A stretch of DNA of 63,876 nucleotides, counting the filler, from Reclinomonas americana ATCC 50394 (taxonomy: Eukaryota), in NCBI GenBank assembly GCA_048213135.1. It is 6 parts of 4 records of this genome, joined end to end, with 100 filler letters (N's around TTAATTAATTAA, not from the genome) between each part and the next. Parts side by side here need not be neighbours in the genome. Positions count along the whole stretch, not along the records: positions 54,813 to 58,189 come from PS015923.1; positions 58,290 to 63,876 come from PS015923.1; 4 more parts are not named here. The stretch is one strand, 5' to 3'. Positions 57,801 through 63,876 of this stretch are shown one piece after another; the first letter of the stretch is position 1, and each line of letters starts with the position of its first letter. The translations under genes were made by a program, and so were the position numbers. The notes beneath the pieces are model-generated. The model ran no database searches and was not told the DNA's origin. It saw only the letters and a list, made by a program, of their open reading frames with translations.

Positions 57801-57971
57801 CTCACGCAGTGATCTCGCATCGCCACCAGCACCCTGCAAGACGGCCAGCCGTTTCGCCATTCTCTGCTCAACACAGTCAGTCACGCAGCAGTAGCACAAC
57901 CATCATCATCAGTAACAGCACACCTCCTCGGCCGCAGCCATCGACGCACGCATGTGCTCCACGGCGGACAT
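54813..57971 (-). CDS. Kelch-repeat protein with a C-terminal BTB/POZ-like domain (LZTR1-like architecture), 3' truncated
   Basis: LFVHGG..DDMW, RLGHTL..LIVYGG, LYIVGG, LFLYGG..LNDLWRLDL. BTB-like LTDAVLQCV...FLLVARCERL...SFQHLLRFLVSDEL. Confidence 0.75.
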
Positions 57972-58189
57972 CTTGCCCGCCGCCGGCGACACGACCTCTC
58001 GACTCCAGTCCTCCTCCTCCGCCGACACTCGTCGCTGCCGATCCCGCGACGACGACGACGCCGCCGACGACGCAGACGGTGCCGGCGCCGCGACAATCGT
58101 GGCGGCCGGTGGTGGCAATCCACGCTGCGCACGGTACTCGGCCTACAACACATTTGTCAGATAGATACAGCAGTGCCAATTCAAGGCTG

Positions 58190-58289
58190 NNNNNNNNNNN
58201 NNNNNNNNNNNNNNNNNNNNNNNNNNNNNNNNNTTAATTAATTAANNNNNNNNNNNNNNNNNNNNNNNNNNNNNNNNNNNNNNNNNNNN
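58190..58289. other. Artificial scaffold linker
   Basis: TTAATTAATTAA at 58234-58245. Confidence 0.97.
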
Positions 58290-58493
58290 AGAGAGAGAGA
58301 GAGAGAGATGGGCGAAGTAATGTGTTTCTCTGTTCGTAGTTGTCGAAAGGGGGGAGACGTGACAGAGATGCAAAGCCAAGTGTTGTGTAATGGTGATGGG
58401 CGAAGTGAAGGAAGTGACGCGCGCCTCTACAGTTGTCAGTGGAAGGGAGAAGAGAGGGTCGTCCATTTTCCAAGTGGCAAACACGTGACGACT

Positions 58494-59956
58494 TCAGATC
58501 TCCTGCTCGGCAATCTGCTGTCCGGTGATCCACTTGCCGTGGAAGCCGTAGGGCACACTGCATAGACAAATCAATGTCAGCAGAGAGAAACAACACTTGT
58601 CTCTTGCTCAGCAGACGAACCGGCGTGGGAGCTGGATAATGGCCACAGGCTCGTCGCTCATGGTGCGCGCGTCCCAGACGCGGCAATCCGACATGCTATG
58701 GGCGGTCACTGATGAGCGCGAGCTCAATAGCACAAGTTGTGAAGTATGATGAGCGTAACTTGGTGGTCTCGTCATACACAAACGTGATCAGGTATCCGTC
58801 GTCCTCCTGCAGGCGCTGCAGATTGCGTAAGTCCACCAGCAGTGAGCAATGAAGCGCGTTGGTGAGCAACACTGACCTCCGAGGGGCGACCAGTGCGTGG
58901 CACAAAGACGAACTCGCCGGCGGCCATGTTCGGTCCGAGCTTGATCTGCGCATGGTTCTCAGTCACTTTCTGTTCTCTCCTCTCTGTTCTTAACACAGCT
59001 TGCCAACTCACATCCTTCACGGTGTTGTTCACCAAATCAAACTGCGTAGGAGAAAAGATGAGAATCACCATTGTCACTTTGCACAACTGGGAGAGAATGC
59101 ACCTTGCAGCAGCCTTGGATCAGAGGCTGCGCAGTGACACAAAGTTACACACAGGATTACTAAAATGACAAGTCGCAGAGCGGCAACTCACATGCTCCGG
59201 GTCCAAACGGGCGCAGTACACGTAACGACAGCGCCGACCGACCAGACCGGGGTGCACCACTGGGAACTCCACGCTGCGCATGGTGGGAAGCGTGAGGGAT
59301 GTGGCAACAACCTCTCAAGCAAGCGCAAACACGTGGTACACACACACCAACGCTCGCCATCGAGTGCAGTCTCCTTGACCGCACCGGTGGCCATGTTGAA
59401 ACGCCATTCGAAGAGATACGAGTCGGCCGCCACCTTGGTCTCGTACAGCGCAATGCCTGGCTTGCGGCAGGCCAGCAGCACCACCTCGTCGCCATCCTCC
59501 CACGCATTGGCAGTGTGGAACACAAAGCTGAACTCTTGCTGGTCAGCACCGGCGAAGGGAAAGAGAAAGAGAGAGAGAATAAACGTTTGTTACGCACCAA
59601 GCAGGCGCCTCGAACCAGCGAATCTTGTCGGCGTTCTCGGCCATGCGCGGCAGGATGCCAAAGCGGCTCGGCAACTCGGCCTCGAACTGGAACGGATGCT
59701 CACTGCGCGCCATGCGTGATCCGCTGCAAAGTGGCGAGTGCAAGGTTGAGTGGACGAGACACATCATCGCCTTGCTGATTTGTCGTGCGCAACTCAAAGG
59801 TGAGTGGCAGGTCCTGCGTGTGAGACGGGAGAGTGAGTACGAGGACTGGGAAGTGCATCAGAGGAAGTGCACGCACCATGATGATTGAGTAGTGCTCGGT
59901 AATGGCAAAGTCGTGCATCTGTACAAAAAAACAGGCACAAACACATACAAACAAAC

Positions 59957-60005
<49 letters not shown>

Positions 60006-61508
60006 ACACCAACAACAACAACAACAAACATGCAACAAGCACACACACAAACACACATGCAGATCAAGAAGTGAGTCTCGTAGGTCGTGCAGGATCAGAC
60101 GCAAAGAGAGAACCATGACGGGGCGTGGAATATCGACCGGGAAATCGCGCACCAGCTTGCCCTCGGCCGACACGACGCTGCTCTCCATCTCCACCAATGA
60201 GTGCAAAGGCGGGGGAAGACGACCAGCATGGAGACTGGACAACGCACCCGTAGAACATGTACGGTTTGGCCTGGATGCGGTAGCAGAAGAACACACACTC
60301 GCCGGTCACCGGGTCGACCTTGGGGTGAGCTGTGCCGCCACGAGTGAGTGAATGGAAGAAAGCGCACTCACATCTCTCGGCGACGCACCTGTGAAGGGGT
60401 GGTCGAGCTTGCCGTCGAAATCGACGATACCAATGGTCTCGAGCGTGGGTGCCAGCACCTGCACCGGCTTGTCACTCTCCACGAGCGCCATCAGGCGACG
60501 CGCGTGATATTCGATGCTGGTGTTGCTGGATCCGAAGTTCATGTCTGTTGGACGCGCTCAGAATCCACACACCCATATAAACAGACACGCAAACGCGCAA
60601 CGAGCATAGGTACGCGGGCGGGCACGAGTCGAGGAGAGCGGCGGCAGTTCCTTGACCGACGGCAGCAGCCCGAGATGCTGTGGTGACCATCAGTGAGTGC
60701 ACACGTGTTTCGCGCACACAGCTTGCCACGCGGCACACCTTGCGAATCTCGAACCAGGCGATCTTGACAATGCCCATGGGGCCCTCCATCTGCGCAATGC
60801 GCGGCGCCACCGGCTGCCCACACATGCGCTCCACCACCAGCCGATCGGTCTCCACCCACTTATTCCGATAGGTGGCCGACCCGTTTTCCAGTCGCACTCC
60901 GTGACTGCGACGCAGAATGGGTGGTGTTGGAGGCAAGAGACAGGGAGTGGGCGCACAGACAGAGTGTGTGAGGCACGCAACAGCATTCCATCGCCGTCGA
61001 ACCAGTGATTGTCGCCGTCGCAGTCGAAGAGCGGGTTGGGTCCATTGCGAACAAACATGCCGTCCAACTCACGAGGAATCGCTCCCGAGACCACTGGCAG
61101 TTGTGCGGCCACCAGCTACAAAGACACAGAGTCAGATAATGAGCATGGCAAAGAGGTGGGTGAGAGGGAGCAAAAAGACCTCATCATGCACGGGACCAAA
61201 GTTGCCATTCAAAAACATGTCTGCCAATCATGCAATCATTCAGTGCGTGCATTGACATGATGCATCATAAAAGAGAAGCACGTACTCTTTGCGACCTTGT
61301 CGCGCGCATGCAGAGAGGGGAATGCGATGCGCCACACGAGGCAAATGGTTCGCCAGGTCAAGTAGAAGGGCAGAATGCACAGGCGAGTGGAGAACCACAG
61401 CAGTGTGCGCATCAGGCGGGGAATCAGGCTCATCAGAGCTGCGGAGGGTGAGGAGGAGGAGGAGGAGGAGGAAGAGGGAGATGCTGTGGGGCCGTGGCGA
61501 GTGCGCAT
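58494..61508 (-). CDS. Carotenoid cleavage dioxygenase (RPE65/CCD family, CCD1-like)
   Basis: FLNGNFGPV, G.FVRNGPNP, HWFDGDGMLHGV, FTAHPKVDPVTGE, MMHDFAITEHY, FHTANAWED, EFP, EDDGYL, RVPYGFHG; all four Fe-binding His are present. Confidence 0.95.
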
Positions 61509-62216
61509 GGTGGAGATGTGACGGAGATGAAAGGCGAGTGGGACAACTCCGGCGTACGGGCTCTGCGTTTCTCATTCCGCAACCGACGCCATTGTGAGGA
61601 AAGGAGGAGAATGCGCGTCATGAACCCTTCTCTTGGATGAGCACACTGCGGATCGGGACTTGTTGGGCTGTCTGTTGAAGTCTTTCTTCGACAAGAACAA
61701 CATGTTAACATGTACAATGCATTCTCCAACAGCAAGCAACGCTTGTCTTGATGAGGTCCAACCATATCTTCCTCTTTCTTCTCGTTCTTTTCCGGCTTCC
61801 TGTTCCTCTTGTTCTTGTTCATTTCCTTCGCAGTCCGCCACCTTCTTATTGTTCTCCACATGTGATGTTTATCGCCACCTCGTGCTGAAGCTAGCGCTTC
61901 TTCTTGTACTTGTTCTGCGACCTCCAGCTTCCTGCTCTTGTTCTCCTCCTTTTTCTTCTTCTTGTTGTTCCCCCCTTTTGTCTTCCCCCACCACGTTCGT
62001 CTCTTTTCCATCTTGTTGTTCTTCTCTCTGATTGCTTTTATCCTTTGCCTTCCCCCACCACGCACTTCTACTTCTCCATCTCTTTCTTCTTCTTCCTTCT
62101 CTTCCCTCCCATCCGCTCATCAACTTATTCCGCCACCATCATTCACTTACGAATATCGCGGTATACATGTGCACCACGCCAACACCTCTCTCTCTCTCTC
62201 CCTCCCTCTCTCCCCC

Positions 62217-63876
62217 TCAGGCGATCAAACGGTACCGGCGCAGCTCCAACGCAATGGCATCGCGATCGTTCGACTCGAGAATCGCCTGCACATTCTCCCA
62301 GCTTGTCACCAGCTCCGACACGAGGGTGATGCTGTTCTGTTGCAGCATCTGTGATCGGGCATGGAGGTCAGCGGAGGAGATTACAAAGACACAGAAGAGA
62401 GCCGCACGCACATCGGCAAGGCCACTTGAACGCATGTCGTCCCACTCCAATCGCTCGCCAATCTTGGTGATGAATGATCGCACGCTCGTGTTGCCAGTCA
62501 CCACGCGATCTGCATGGGTTGTGTGGCAGCTTAGAAGAGGAGGAAAGGAGAAGCGTAACGGAAGAGCGCTGCGAACCTTCGAGGTATTGCACAACAACGT
62601 GCAGCAGGGCCAGATTATTGCTGGTAAAATCGGCGGGACCCACAACTCCGTCCTTGTCACTGCATGGCAAGAGCAGTGAGCCAACATGCATGACAAGCGT
62701 AGATAAGAATTGGAAACTTCTCCTCACCCGTCAATCTCTGTCCAGATCTGCAAAGAATGAAGGAGTGAGATTTGATTGACGAGTGTGGGCTTTACGCACC
62801 GCGAAGCGCACAAGCACATATACACTGTCACAAACAAGCACACCCCACAAACACACGTACATAAAAAGACAATCAGACGCGCAAAGACACAAATACTGAT
62901 ACACAGACAAGCACACCCGCACACAAACGTACACACCCAGATAACCCGACACGCGCAAAAGGACACACACATACACACCGACAGGCAGAACACAGACAAG
63001 CAGACGTGCACAAGCACTCACACTAATACATACACACGTACTCTCTCACCTTCTGGATCCGAACATCCCGCCACTGCGGTGGGAGGAGGGCGGCGCAACC
63101 ATCGACGAGCAAGTGAAGCACCGGGATGAGGAAGCGAACGAGTTCCTGCTCGGCAGAGCGACTGAATGCGAGGGTGAGCGACTCTTATCTCTCTCCGACA
63201 CAGCACACACCTTCAGTCCGGCCACTGTTTGCTCCTGCGTCAGAGTCTGTTTCGATATGCAGTCAGTGAGAAGAGTGGTCAAACAGCAAGTCCGCGCTCA
63301 CGAAAGCACACAAACACACCCTGCCGTTGCCAAACACGTCAAACAGGAACTGGACGAAAAAGACCACACGATTGGCCTCCTGCACGCGGTCGAATGCGTG
63401 CAAGAAGCGCAACACCAGCTCGGCCGAGGCCTCGGTGATCGAACCCTCGTGCTGTTTGAGATGCAGCAGTGAGGTGCGTGGGAAGTCCACTAAGGCGCCT
63501 TTCTGTCTCTTTCTTTCTTTTTCTTCTGTCTGTCTGTCTGCCTGTCTCTATCTCTCTCTCTCTTTCTTTCTTTCTTTCTCTTTGTCTCTCTCTCTCTCTC
63601 TCGCTCTCTCTCTCTTTCTTTTTGGTTGTCTCTCTCTAACTCTCCCTCTCATGCACACCTTGCGATCCATCAAGTTGAAGAGCGCCTCGGCCACGGCCGG
63701 CATGCGCTGGTCGACCACAGCGGGCAACAACTCGCACGAGAGGGCCACCAGACCCTTGAAGTCGGGCGACAAGTGACCACCAAACATCTCCTCCGTCTGG
63801 CCACCAGTCAGTACACACGTCAGCACATGGAAAGATGTCGATATGAAGAGAAAGCAAGGCGACGCAACGAGTCCGG
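62217..63876 (-). CDS. EF-hand protein (calcineurin B/NCS-like) with a C-terminal extension, 5' truncated
   Basis: Spliced IWTEIDGDKDGVVGPADF, ALFNLMDRK-HEGSITEA and FLFDVFGNG. Confidence 0.55.
63500..63650 (+). repeat. CT-rich simple repeat (intronic)
   Basis: Runs of (CT)n and (CTTT)n. Confidence 0.8.

Overview
This is GC-rich, intron-rich eukaryotic (protist-like) draft genome sequence, not a prokaryotic window. Six scaffolds are concatenated with artificial N-TTAATTAATTAA-N linkers: 1-8469, 8570-29080, 29181-48191, 48292-54712, 54813-58189 and 58290-63876. About 20 densely packed genes with short GT-AG introns were reconstructed by hand, so coordinates are approximate. They include an EF-hand/AMPK-CIPK-like kinase, VPS45, two Kelch proteins (one with a BTB-like domain), a probable TPP1/Est3-like telomere OB-fold protein, a STE20/PAK-like kinase ending in CaaX, a SENP/Ulp1 protease, FHIP/FAM160, two Myb genes, GFAT, DUF1445, PP2A B55, an LRR protein, GLOD4, a soluble adenylyl-cyclase-like protein, a carotenoid oxygenase and an EF-hand protein. 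The most striking signal is in the splice sites. More than 25 introns, most with boundaries fixed by protein homology and reading frame, start GTTGCG(T), GTTGAGT or GTTACG. These are the ordinary donors GTGCGT, GTGAGT and GTACG with one extra T after the GT, and they coexist with normal donors in the same genes. The organism could not be identified from the sequence alone.
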